A stretch of DNA of 32,638 nt from NCBI RefSeq assembly GCF_028641065.1, contig NW_026575771.1:1-32638 (forward strand). Direction: 5' to 3'. Positions 21,466 to 32,638 of the stretch are shown piece by piece. Made by a program: the position numbers and the translations under genes. The notes below the pieces were generated by a model, which did not search any database, was not told where the DNA came from, and saw only the letters and a list, made by a program, of their open reading frames with translations. Every line of letters begins with the position of its first letter. The stretch's first letter is position 1. Source of the DNA: Leucoraja erinacea. Taxonomy: Eukaryota.

Positions 21466-22892
21466 AAATATAGAAACATAGAAAATAGGTGCAGGAGGAA
21501 GCCGTTCGGCACCCATTCAATATGATCATCCAAAATCATTACCCATTTCCTGCTTTCTCCCCATATCCCTTGATTCCGTTAGCCCCAAGCAGTATATATA
21601 GCTCTCTCTTGGAAACATCCAGTGAATTGGCCTCCACTGCCTTCTGAGACAGAGAATTCCACAAATTCACAACTCTCTTGCTAAAAAAAAAGTTTTTCCT
21701 CATCTCAACACTAAATGACCTAGCCCTTATTCTTAAACCGTGCCCCATATGTCTGAACTCCCCCCAACATCAGGAACATTCTTCCCGCATCCAGCCTGTC
21801 CAAACCCTTAAGAATTGTATATGTTTCTATAAGATCTCCTCTCATCCTTCTTAATCCCTTCATTTAAGCCCAGTCGATCCATTCTTTCATCATATGTCGG
21901 TCCAGACATCCCGGGAATTAACCCTGTGAACCTACGCTGTACTCATTCAATGACAAGAATGTCCTTCCGCAAATTAGGGTCCAAAACTGCACATGATGCT
22001 CAGGTGTGTTCTCACCAGAGCCCTGTACAACTGCAGTTGGACCTCCTTGCTCCTATACTCAAATCCTCTCGCTATGAAGGACAACTTGCCAGTTGCTTTC
22101 TTCACTGCCTGCCTAACCTGTATGCTTACTTTCAGTGACAATTGTACAAGGACACACAAGTCTCGTTGCACCTCCCCTTTTCCTAATCTGACACCATTCA
22201 GATAATAATCTGTCTCCTTGTCCTTGCCACCAAAGTGGATGACCTCACATTTATCCACATTATACTGCATCTGCCGTGCATCTGCCCACTCACCCAACCT
22301 ATCTAACTCACCCTGTAGCCTTAAATAATCCTCCTCACAGCTCACACTACCACCCAGTTCGGTGACATCCGCAAACTTGGAGATGCGAAATTTAATTATT
22401 TTGTCTAAATCGTTAATCTATATTGAAAATCCTAGCATTGAACCATGCGGGCACCCCACCCGTCACGGCCTGACATTCTACAACGGGCCCGTTAATTCCT
22501 ACTCTTTGCTTCCTGTCTGCCAACCAGTTCTCTTTTCAAAGGCCTTTTGAAAGTCCAGATGCACCACATCCACAGGCTCCCCTTATCCATTTTCCCTCTT
22601 ACATACTCAAAAAATTCGAGAAAACGAGTCAAGCATAATTTTCCCTTCATAAATCCATGCTGACTCAGCCCGATCCTGTCACTGCTTTCCAAATGTGCTG
22701 CTATTACATTTTTAATAATCGACTCAAACATCTTCCCCACTACCGATGTCAGGCTAACGTCTATAATTCCCTGTTTTCTCTATCCCTTCTTTCTTAAAAA
22801 ATGGGGTTACATTAGCTACCCTCCAGTTCACAGGAACTAATTGAATGTCTATAGAACATTGGAAAATGATCACCAATACATCCGCGATTTCA
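21466..22892 (-). mobile_element. Degraded CR1 LINE (RT to 3' tail) with internal deletions
   Basis: SQHGFMKGKLCLT, LQGELDRLGEWA..YNVDKCEVIHFG, RVVNLWNSL, and a tagaaacatagaaaatagg tail. Confidence 0.88.
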
Positions 22893-23399
22893 AGCAAAGA
22901 TCTTATAGCGAAGCAAGATAGGCTACTCCTGCTAAATGCAATGGACTGACGTGTAGTACGCTATGGAGGGGATCATGGGCATTTTCCATGCCCATTTTAG
23001 CAACCTGAGCCTACCTAACCCGACCCGACTCGCACTGTAATCAATGTTGCTTCCTCCTTGTGTGGGTCAGATTCATAAATCTTAGTTCAAACTTCTTGTC
23101 AAGAATAAAATGGATTCTGGTTAATTGTCTTTTCTAATTTTTTTTGTCATTTCTTTTTAAGATGGCTCACAAACAAAGTATTTTGTAGTAACCGGAACCG
23201 ACCCGACTCGTTTACCATTGATTAACAGGGGGGGACTTTTTTGTGCGTGATATAGGGTTAGATTCATATTCTGTTAGTTCATAATTCTGTTGATTCTTGT
23301 TAAGGAACAAAATGTTTATAAACACACATACATGAAAATTATATAAAATTATATAACACCACAATTATATTTCTTCTAATCCAATAATGAACTTTATTT

Positions 23400-24670
23400 C
23401 ATCTAGACCCTTCACAGTCCGTGCCGAAACATTGTAAATAGAAACCATGTGGCCCCGCAAATTTCTCTGCGCTCAGACCATAACCCTCCACTCCTTCTTC
23501 CTTTCTTCTCGTCCATATAACTATCCAATTTATTTTTAAATGATAAAAACCGCCTCCTGCCTCCCCCACCGCTCCCACACTCCTTCTCCCCGCTGCGGAA
23601 GGATCCTCATTCCGGAAGCAAGAAGGCGGGAGCAAGATGGCGGAAAAATGGCGGAGTCAGGTTGCTAAAATGTGTCCTATAATCACCCATGAATCCGCCC
23701 ATGAGCGGACCTCACGTTTGTGTGAGAGTAACCCATCTTGCTTCGCTCTAAGATCTGGGATTTCAAGGGTCACCTCCTTCTGTCTATCCCTCTCATCATG
23801 CAGACCTCTATCAAATCCCCCCTTTACATGTCTGCGCTCCAACAGTTTACCTAAATAAAGCCCTGAACTATGGATTCCCTTCAACCTCCCTCTCTGTAAC
23901 CCTAGTTGCTGAAACCCAGTGGCAGAACATTCTAGTAAATCTCCTCTGTTTACCATTATCTAACCTGTTTTGACTGTAACATCCTTCCTATATTAGGCTT
24001 CACCAAAATTGTCCCCCCAAGTTTCCTTTCATGCTCTAATTACCCCCTCACCAATCCCTTTATCCTCCTCTGTTAAATTTTAAATTTCCCCCAGTCCACC
24101 GGTTTGCTGCTTTGTCTGGACAATTTATATGCCTGGATTTAACATTCCCAAATTTCCATCATTTGCCACGGTTGAGCCGCCTTCCCTGTTTTATTTTTAC
24201 ACCAGACAGGGGTGAACAATTGGTGCAAATCATCCATAGGATCTTTGAATGTTTGCCATTGCATATCTATCGTTAAGCCTTTAAGTACATTTGCCAGTTT
24301 ATCCCAGCCAATTCCCACATCATACCGTCAAAACCTGATTCAGTTTGATCACAGTTATGAATAGCTATGGCACTAGATTCAGACTGCCAAGCTCGAGAGA
24401 AGAGGTTTGCATGGCCTTTATAATAAGAAGAGTTGAGTATAGGAGCAAAGTAGTCCTTCTGCAGTTGTACAGGGCCCTAGTCAGACCACACCTGGAGTAT
24501 TGTGCACAGTTTTGGTCCCCTAATTTGAGGAAGGACATTCTTGCTATTGAGGGAATGCAGCGTAGGTTTACAAGGTTAATTCCCGGGATGGCGGGACTGT
24601 CATATGCTGAGAGAATGGAGCGGCTGGGCTTGTATACTCTGGAATTTAGAAGGATGAGAGGGGATCTTAA
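23400..24670. mobile_element. Mosaic of CR1 fragments on both strands
   Basis: 24411-24670 (+) reads [26 protein letters not shown]. 23400-23990 (-) resembles 14150-14540 with interruptions. Confidence 0.75.
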
Positions 24671-24689
24671 TGATACACATAGTTTCCTT

Positions 24690-25390
24690 GTAAGTAAGTA
24701 AGTAAATTTTATTTATATAACACGTTTAAATCAACTCGCGTTGAAACTAAAGTGCTTTACACAAAAGAAACAATAAAGTTTCCGTACATCTATAGAAAAA
24801 TTAAAAAAGAGAAAAATGACACAACACATTATAGAATTCAACAAGAACGCCCCCCCCCCATAACAGAATCAAAAATGTCCACTGTGGGGAAAGGCACCAG
24901 AAAGTTAAGTCTTCCTCTGTGAATCACTCGAGGTCGGGGCCCAATTGTGGCCTCCGCAGCCAGTCCGATGTTTTCAGGCCCTCTTGCCGGGAAGCTGGAA
25001 CTCCGGCGTCAGGTGAACACTCCTCAGCGTCTTGGAAATGTCAGGAGCGGCCACTTCCTCCCTGGAGACCGCGGCTCCCGAAGTCCTCAGGCCGCGCTGA
25101 CTGGAGCTTCGACTCTGGCGATCTCGGATCCCAGGCTCCACGGTGCTCCAAATCCAGCACCGCCCGCGGCCGGACGCCCGCAGCCACAGCTCCTCGGATG
25201 TTAGTTGGCGGTGACCGCACTCCGGAGCTTACCGCACGGCGACCCGGGTAGGGCATCACCCGCTCCGTGTTGGTGTCCCAGCGCTGTGCCACCGCCGAAG
25301 CTGCAGTCCCAGCCGGTACCGACGGGAAACGCAGCTCCAGCCCGAGGTAGGCCGCGAGGAAGGGGCAAAGAAACAGCTCGGAGGGAAATT
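24690..25390 (-). mobile_element. Probable non-autonomous retroposon: CpG-rich body with an L2-like 3' tail
   Basis: (aagt)n then aaattttatttatataacacgttt..aaagtgctttacaca resembles the L2 end at 16915-16965. Family not recognised. Confidence 0.45.
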
Positions 25391-25392
25391 GC

Positions 25393-25602
25393 TTAAGAAG
25401 GAACTGCAGATGCTGGAAAATCGAAGGTACACAAAAATGCTGGAGAAACTCAGCGGGTGCAGCAGCATCTATGGAGCGAAGGAAATAGGCAACGTTTCGG
25501 GCCGAATCCCTTCTTCAGACTGATAGGGGGTGGGGGGAGACGGTGAGAAGAAAGGAAAAAGGAGGAGGAGCCCGAAGGCGGAGGTAGGAAGGGGAGGAGA
25601 CA
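25393..25602 (-). mobile_element. Penelope 3' end/pLTR fragment with a hammerhead-like motif at 25491-25518
   Basis: Matches 28738-28885 and the reverse complement of 6611-6738. Confidence 0.82.
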
Positions 25603-25777
25603 CAGGGCTCTCGCTTAACTTTTTTTCCCTGTTGCCAGCCGGGCAACCTCGGCAGCTTTTTAGGTTGCCAAATGACATTTTAGGTAGTCATTTAAGATGG
25701 CTTGATGAAGCGTGCTCGGACGAAGTGCGCAGTTACCTGTCGGAATTATGCATTCACATATTATTGTGAATGCATAG

Positions 25778-28740
25778 AGAAACCCCTCTAAACACCTTTA
25801 AACCCGTCGAAACACCTCGAAATACCTCTAAACCCCTCTAAACCCCTTGAAACTCCTCTAGACTCCTCTATGCCCAACGAAACCCCTTCTAAGCACTTCG
25901 AAATCACTCAAAACCCCCCAAACCTATCTAATCCCCTCTAATTCTCCTCTAAACTCCACAAATGTCCAGACGGAAGAACAGCTTCCCCCCTCCCCCGGGG
26001 GAGGTTTACATGGGGTTTACAGGAGTTTAAGGGGGCCTACATGGGGTATACAAGGGGTTTAGATGGGCTTACTGTGGTTTAGAGGGCTTTTTAGGGGGTT
26101 TAGAGAGGTTTAAAGGGGTATACAGGTGTTTATAGGTGTAGAGAGGTTTAGAGGGGTTTACAGAGGTTTCGATGGTTTTAGAGAGGTTTCCAGGGGTTTA
26201 GAGGGGTTTAGAGGTATATATGGTGTGTTTAGATAGGTTTATAGAGGTTTACAGGGATCTAGAGGGGTTTACTGGCGTTTACTGGGGTTTATGTGTTTAG
26301 AGGAGGTTAGAGGAGGTTAGAGGGATGTACAGGGGTTTCTATGGGTTTAAAGGGGTTACAGGGGGTTAGGGGTTACGCGTGTTTATAGGTGTTTAAACGG
26401 TTTTAGAGAGATTAACAGGTTTACAAGGGTTGAGAGGAGTTTCCAGTGGTTTTGGGGGTTTACATGGTGTTTACAGGGGTTTTAAGGGGTTCAGCGGGCT
26501 TTATAGGGGTTTAGAGACGTCTAGAGTAATTAACTGTGGTTTAGATTGGTTTACATGGGGTTTACAGGGTGTTATAGGGGGTTAGATGGCTTTATATGTG
26601 TTTGGTTGGCTTTGGAGGGCTTTGGATGGATTTAGAGGGGGTTGCAGGAGTTTGGAGGTCTCTGGAGAGGTTTAGAGCAGTTTGGAGGGATTTTTAGAGG
26701 GGGTTAGAGTGGTTCGGAGGGTTTTAGAGGGTTTGGGTTTAAAGGGTTTAGAGGGGTTTAGAGAGATTTACAGGTGTTTACGGGTGTTTACAGGTATTTA
26801 GAGAGGTTTAGCATGGTTTAGAGCGGGTTAAAGGGTCTTAGAGGTTTAGAGATGTTTTCAGCTGTTGAGTAGGCTTTACAGGGTTTTAGAGGGGTTTACA
26901 GGTGTTTAGACGGGTTTACGTGGGGTTTACAGGGGTTTACTTGGGTATAGATGGGTTTAGAGGTCTTTATAGGGTGTTTATAGAGGTTTAGAGGGGGTTA
27001 CAGGGATCTAGAGGGGTTTACAGGCGTTTATTGGGGCTTAGCGGGGATTACAAGGGATTACAAGTGTTTAGAGGTGTTTAGAGGGTGTTAGACGGATTTA
27101 CAGGGGTTCAGATGGGTTTAGAGCGTTTTAGATGGGTTTAGAGGGGTTTACAGATGATTGCGGGTGTTTAGAGGGGGTTTAGACGGCTTTAGAGTGTTTT
27201 AGAGAGGTTTACAGGGGTTTAGGGGTTCTACATGGGTTTACATGGGGGGTTAGAGAGGTTCGGAGGGGTTTAGAGAGGTTCACAGGGGTTTAGAGCGGTT
27301 AACAGGGTTTAGAGGTGTTTAGGGGGGTTCAGATGCATTTACAGGGGGTTTACAGGGGGCTTGTAGTGGTTTAGAGGGATTTAGAGTTGTTTACAGGGGT
27401 TAGAGATGTTTAGAGAGGTTTACATGCGTTTACAATGGTTTACAGGGGTTTAGGGCGTTTTACACGGGGTTTACAGGGGTTTATGGGGGTTTCCATGGTG
27501 CTTATAGGGGGTTTAGATGGGTTTAGAAGGGTTTACAAGGCTTTATAGGGGTTTAGAGAGGTTTATATGGGTTTAGAGGGGTTTAGCGGGCTTTATTGCG
27601 GTTTATAGGCGTTTAGAGTGGTTCACATGGATTTAGAGGGGCTTACATGAGGTTTAGAGGGAGGGGTTATAGGGGTTTAGAGGGGTGTGGGGCGGTTTGG
27701 AGGGGGCTGGAGAGGTTTTGAGCGGTTTGGTGGTTAGAGGGGTTTGGTTTGGATTTAGAGTGGGTTTAGAGTGGGTTAGTGGTTTGGTGGGTTTTAAAGA
27801 TGTTTACAGAGGATTAGAAGGGTTTACAGGGTTTAGGGGTGTTTACATTGGGTTTTCAGGGTTTTAGGGGGGTTTACAGGGGTTTAGGGTTTTTTAAATG
27901 AGGTTTACAGGAGTTTAGATGAGTTTTGAGGGGTTTAGAGGGCTTTATATGTGTTTAGAGGGGATTAGAGAGGTTTACAGAGGTTTACAGTGGTTACAGG
28001 TGTTTATAAAGTACTAGAGTGGTTTACAGAGGGTTTAGATGGGGTTTCATAGGGTTTACATGTGTTTATAGGTGCTTAGAGGGTTTTAGAGCGATTTACT
28101 GGGGTTTTGAAAGGTTTGACAGGGGTTGAGAGAGGTTTACAGTGGTTTAGGGAGGTTTACATGGGTTTTACCGGGGTTTAGTGGGATTACAGGGGGTTAT
28201 AGTATCTTACAGGGGTTTACAGGGGGTTTAGAGGGGGGTTTAGAGGGCTTCATAGGGGTTTGGAGGGCTTTGGAAGGGGTTGGAGATATTTAGAGGGGGT
28301 TTGCAGGGGTGTGTAGGTGTCTGGGGAGGTTTAGAGCGGTTTGGAGGCATTTGGAGGTGGTTAGAGGGGTTTGGAGGGGTTTAGAGGGATTTACATCGGT
28401 TTAGAGGAATTTACAGGTGTTTACACATGTTTAGAGTGGTTTAGAGGTGTTTAGTGGGGTTTAGAGGGTTTTAGAAATGTTTACAGGTGTTTAGGGAGTT
28501 TACATGGGGTTTAGAGGGGTTTACCGATGTTTAGAGGGTTTTAGAGAGGTTTACAGGGTGTTTAGAGGAATTTCGACAGGGTTTACCTGTGTGTACAGAT
28601 GTTTAGAAGGTTGTACAGAGGTTTACAGGGTTTAGAGTGGTTTACATGTGTGTATATGGGTTTACAGTGGTTTTGGTGGGTTTACATGGGGTTTACAGGG
28701 GTTTAGAGGGTCTTAGGAAGGTTTACACGGGTTTAGAGGA
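25778..28740. repeat. Degenerate telomere-like 10-mer array (GGGGTTTAGA/GGGGTTTACA): C-rich block 25778-25960, then G-rich block 26000-28740
   Basis: Continuous aaacccctcta units, followed by hundreds of agaggggttt/acaggggttt variants. Confidence 0.93.
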
Positions 28741-30075
28741 AGGAAATAGGCGGCGTTTCGAGCCAAAACCCTTCTTCAGACTGATAGGGGGTGGGGGGGA
28801 GAAGGAAGGAAAAAGGGAGGAGGAGGAGCCCGAGGGTGGGGGGGATGGGAGGAGATAGCTCGAGGGTTAAGGAAGGGGAGGAGACAGCAAGGGTTAGCAA
28901 AACTGGGAGAATTCAACGTTCATGCCATCCGGACGCAAGCAACCCAGGCGGAATATGAGGTGCTGTTCCTCCAATTTCCGGTGTTGCTCACTCTGGCAAT
29001 GGAGGAGACCCAGGACAGAGAGGTCGGATTGGGAATGGGAGGGGGAGTTGAAGTGTTGAGCCACCGGGAGTTCAGGTAGGTTATTGCGGACTGAGCGGAG
29101 GTGTTCGGCGAAACGATCGCCCAACCTTCGCTTAGTCTCCCCGATGTAAATCAGCTGACATCTAGAGCAGCGGATGCAGTAGATGAGGTTGGAGGAGATA
29201 CAGGTGAACCTTTGTCGCACCTGGAACGACTGCTTGGGTCCTTGAATGGAGTCGAGGAGGGAGGTGAAGGGACAGGTGTTGCATTTCTAGCGGTTGCAAC
29301 GGAAAGTGCCCGGGGAGGGGGTGGTACGGGAGGGAAGGGAAGAATTGACAAGGGAGTTGCGTAGGGAGCGGTCTTTGCGGAAGGCAGACATAAGGGGAGA
29401 TGGGAAGATGTGGCGAGTGGTGGGGTCACGTTGGAGGTGGCGGAAATGGCGGAGGATTATTTGTTGTATTTGCCGGCTGGTGGGGTGAAAGGTGAGGACC
29501 AGGGGGACTCTGCCCTTGTTGCGAGTGCGGGGATGGGGAGAGAGAGCAGTGTTGCGAGGTATGGATGAGACCCTGGTGCGAGCCTCATCTATGGTGGCGG
29601 AGGGGAATCCCCGTTCCCTGAAGAACGAGGACATTTCCGATGCCCTGGTGTGGAACGTCTCATCCTGGGAGCAGATGCGGCGTAGGCGGAGGAATTGGGA
29701 GTAGGGGATGGAGTCTTTACAGGGGGCAGGGTGGGAAGACATGTAGTCCAGATAGCCATGTGAGTCAGTTGGTTTGTAGTGTATGTCGGTCAGAAGTCTG
29801 TCCCCTGCGATGGAGATGGTGAGGTCAAGGAATGGTAGGGAAGTGTCGGAAATGGTCCAGGTGTATTGGAGTGCCGGATGGAAGTTGGTGGTGAAGTGGA
29901 TGAAGTCAGTCAGTTGTGTGTGGGTGCAGGAGGTGGCCCCAAAGCAGTCGTCAATGTAACGGAGGTAGAGGTCGGGGATGGGGCCCTGGTACGTATTGAA
30001 CAAGGATTGTTCAACGTACCCGACAAAGAGGCAGGCGTAGCTGGGGCCCATGCGTGTGCCCATAGCTACGCCTTG
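28738..30075 (-). mobile_element. Penelope-like element, 5'-truncated: RT (YIDD), GIY-YIG endonuclease, partial pLTR
   Basis: MGTRMGPSYACLF..YLRYIDD.. (29287..30063) and SSNLIYCIRCSRCQLIYIGETKRRLGDRFAEH (28894..29220) are in the same frame, separated by one TAG at 29287-29289. Confidence 0.93.
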
Positions 30076-30299
30076 TCTTTACTTCTCCTTTTCTTTACTA
30101 TGTTAACCTCAATAACTGTGTCTATCTGTGATTCCACACCGCTGCTTTGAAGTATGCCGCGCATGCGTGCTGAGCGGGCTCTTCACGTAATCTCTCATCG
30201 TAACTACTCATAAATTACAGTTCAAACTTCAAACTGGTAAGTTCTCGTTTAATCTTACTATTTTATGTTCCAGGCCACTCGTCACCTGATTCTGAAACA

Positions 30300-30660
30300 T
30301 TTTATTTCTATGGTTGTGTTGCACCCTATGCTTGTAAGAAGTCGATAAAAGGGAGATCAAATCAATAAGAATTGGTCTGCTTTACCTGCTAGAAGGAGTC
30401 GCATTTATTCCAGATATGCCGTTTCCGACATATTTGAAATCCACATTTTGAGCGTTGGTGTTGGCGCAATTTTACAAAATTTAAGTATGAGTTTTTTTGC
30501 CGTTATGAAACCATAATTTAGTAGAGATTTTTGAAATGTATTTTGCTTATTCCCATCTTCCATTGATCCAAAGATTTCTGTATTAGGTTCGAGTCTTCTA
30601 TTAAATAGTTTTGTAAAAATGTCAAAAATGTCATTCCAAAATTTGTAAAGTTTTATACAG
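30300..30660 (-). mobile_element. L1-clade LINE ORF2 C-terminal remnant
   Basis: Hand translation YGFITAKKLILKFCKIAPTPTLKMWISNM. Confidence 0.6.
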
Positions 30661-30991
30661 GAGTCAACATGGATTTATGAAAGGGAAATCATGCTTGACT
30701 AATCTTCTGGAATTTTTTTGAGGATGTGACAAGTAAAATGGATGAAGGGGTGCCAGTGGATGTAGTGAATCTAGACTTTCAGAAAGCTTTCAGAAAATTG
30801 GTTGGCAGACCGGAAGCAAAGAGGAGGAGTGAACGGGTCCTTTTCAGAATGGCAGGCAGTGGCGAGTGGAGTGCCGCAAAGCTCGGTGTTGGGGATGCAA
30901 CTGTTTACCATGTATATTAATGATTTGGAAGAGAGAATTTTGCGTGCAGGTACAGCAGGTGGTGAAGAAAGCTAATGGAATGTTGGCCTTC
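30661..30991 (+). mobile_element. Deleted CR1 RT fragments
   Basis: SQHGFMKGKSCLTNLLEF, VDVVNLDFQKAF, SGVPQSSVLG. Confidence 0.8.
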
Positions 30992-31585
30992 ATAACCATA
31001 TAACCATATAACAATTACAGCACGGAAACAGGCCATCTCGACCCTTCTAGTCCGTGCCGAACACGTATTCTCCCCTAGTCCCATACACCTGCGCTCAGAC
31101 CATAACCTTCAATTCCCTTCCCGTCCATATAACTATCCAATTTATTTTTAAATGATAAAAATGAACCTGCCTCCACCACCTTCACTGGAAGCTCATTCCA
31201 CACAGCCACCACTCTCTGAGTAAAGAAGTTCCCCCTCATGTTACCCCTAAACTTCAGTCCCTTAATTCTCAAGTCATGTCCCCTTGTTTGAATCTTCCCT
31301 ACTCTCAGTGGGAAAAGCTTTTCCACGTCAACTCTGTCTATCCCTCTCATCATTTTAAAAATCTCTATAAAGTCCCCCCTTAACCTTCTGCGCTCCAAAG
31401 AATAAAGCCCTAACTTGTTCAACCTTTCTCTGTAACTTAGTTGCTGAAACCCAGGCAACATTCTAGTAAATCTCCTCTGTATTCTCTCTATTTTGTTGAC
31501 ATCCTTCCTATAATTAGGCGACCAAGATTGTGCACCATACTCCAGAATTGGCCTCACCAATGCCTTGTACAATTTTAACAATTCC
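30992..31585 (-). mobile_element. CR1 LINE 3' fragment (young)
   Basis: Open frame LYKALVRPILEYGAQSWSP...GYGLSAGVWD, near-identical to 14097-14540. Confidence 0.9.
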
Positions 31586-31619
31586 CCCACCAATTGTCTA
31601 TTACTATACAAGTAAAAAC

Positions 31620-31930
31620 ATTGTAATTGAATGCACACAGTGTATGCAACAAGGTGGATGAGCTCATAGTTCAAAATTGGTTGGTACGATGTAGGCATCA
31701 CGGAGACTTGGCTGAAAGAGGGTCAGAGCTGCGAGCTAAACATGCAAGGATACACATCCTATCAAGACAGGCAGGTGGGCAGAGAGAGTGGGGTGGCTCT
31801 GCTGGTACAGACATGAAATTCAATCAAGGGATGACATAAGATCAGAAGATGAGGAAGGTAGAGTTAAGAAACTGCAAGGGTGAGAATACCCTGATGGGAG
31901 TTATATGCAGGCCTTAAAACAGTAGCCACA
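31620..31930 (+). mobile_element. Degraded CR1 APE fragment
   Basis: NAHSVCNKVDEL, DVGITETWL and VELRNCKG-like segments in shifting frames. Confidence 0.7.
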
Positions 31931-32638
31931 CACCCTTCCCCCCACCCCCTCCCTCACACACCCTTCTCCCCCTCTCCCCCACTCCCCCTCTCCCACCGTA
32001 AATGAAAAACATTCAAATTAAGGATCATTCTAAATATATTTAATATAAAATAATGATCAATATTTTAAAACACTATTAACATTTATGACAGAAATTGACC
32101 TTGTTGCAGGAAATCAACTTTGAATTGAGATTACATCGAGGTTGTTAGTGTTGCACAGCGCGGGGTAGCTGACCTCCAGAATCACATCGCTCCTTCTCCG
32201 TGGACACGGAACCAGTAGAGGCAAGTGTATTCTGGATGGCCCCAGTTGTTATGCACCCGCAGTTCAATTAGTTTGACTGCTGCAGCATCTTTATTCTACA
32301 AAGCAAAAAAAAAAAATGACGACAGATCAGGGAACCTGTGCTTCAGTATGAAAGTACTGCAGGCAGGAGAGAAGATGGATTAGCTTCAAACCAGACTTAA
32401 AACATCCTACTGATCATGGATTTCAGAACATTCTATTCAATTACATACAGCATTGATAACAAGCATTTTATCATGGAAAAGGTCGATGCTTTAGAGGTAT
32501 GAGAAGAACATGGATCTCAAATGACAGCAGCTAAATACTGGGAGCAACAGCTTTACTGCATGTAGCATCGTGGATGGGGAGAGAACATGCTTACTTACAC
32601 AGGCTTGCTTTGTGGCAACTGACAAATTGTGAATAAAG

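Noticed and set aside
24919-25468. GC-rich overlapping ORFs or CpG-island gene
   Set aside because: There is no recognisable domain or splice structure, and it is bounded by retroposon ends, so it is more likely a repeat body.
25778-28740. Ig class-switch region or telomere-fusion scar
   Set aside because: It lies downstream of the TM exons, is not AGCT-rich, the unit is not TTAGGG, and the strand order is opposite to a fusion.

Overview
This is eukaryotic genomic DNA from a cartilaginous fish, most likely a skate or ray (inferred from the Ig sequences and repeat families). It is not microbial. The window holds one complete germline (unrearranged) IgM heavy-chain cluster on the + strand: leader (2502), VH-23RSS, D1 (12/22 RSS), D2 (12/12 RSS), 23RSS-JH, Cmu1 to Cmu4 with the secretory tailpiece, TM1 and TM2 (15926). 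This is the known chondrichthyan multicluster organisation. As assembled, Cmu3 carries a frameshift (305-nt exon, stop at 11146-11148), so the cluster is a pseudogene, an exon-skipping variant, or has an assembly error. The rest is mostly retroelement debris (CR1, L2, Rex1/Babar, L1, Hero-like, Penelope, V-SINE), a foldback DNA element, a roughly 3 kb telomere-like 10-mer array and two N gaps. I found no wholly new protein system. The best leads are: (1) an octamer-bearing inverted repeat in the JH-Cmu1 intron, a candidate palindromic enhancer; (2) the Cmu3 lesion and its possible in-frame rescue by exon skipping; (3) hammerhead-like motifs in the Penelope termini; (4) a Penelope element joined to the G-rich end of the telomere-like array.
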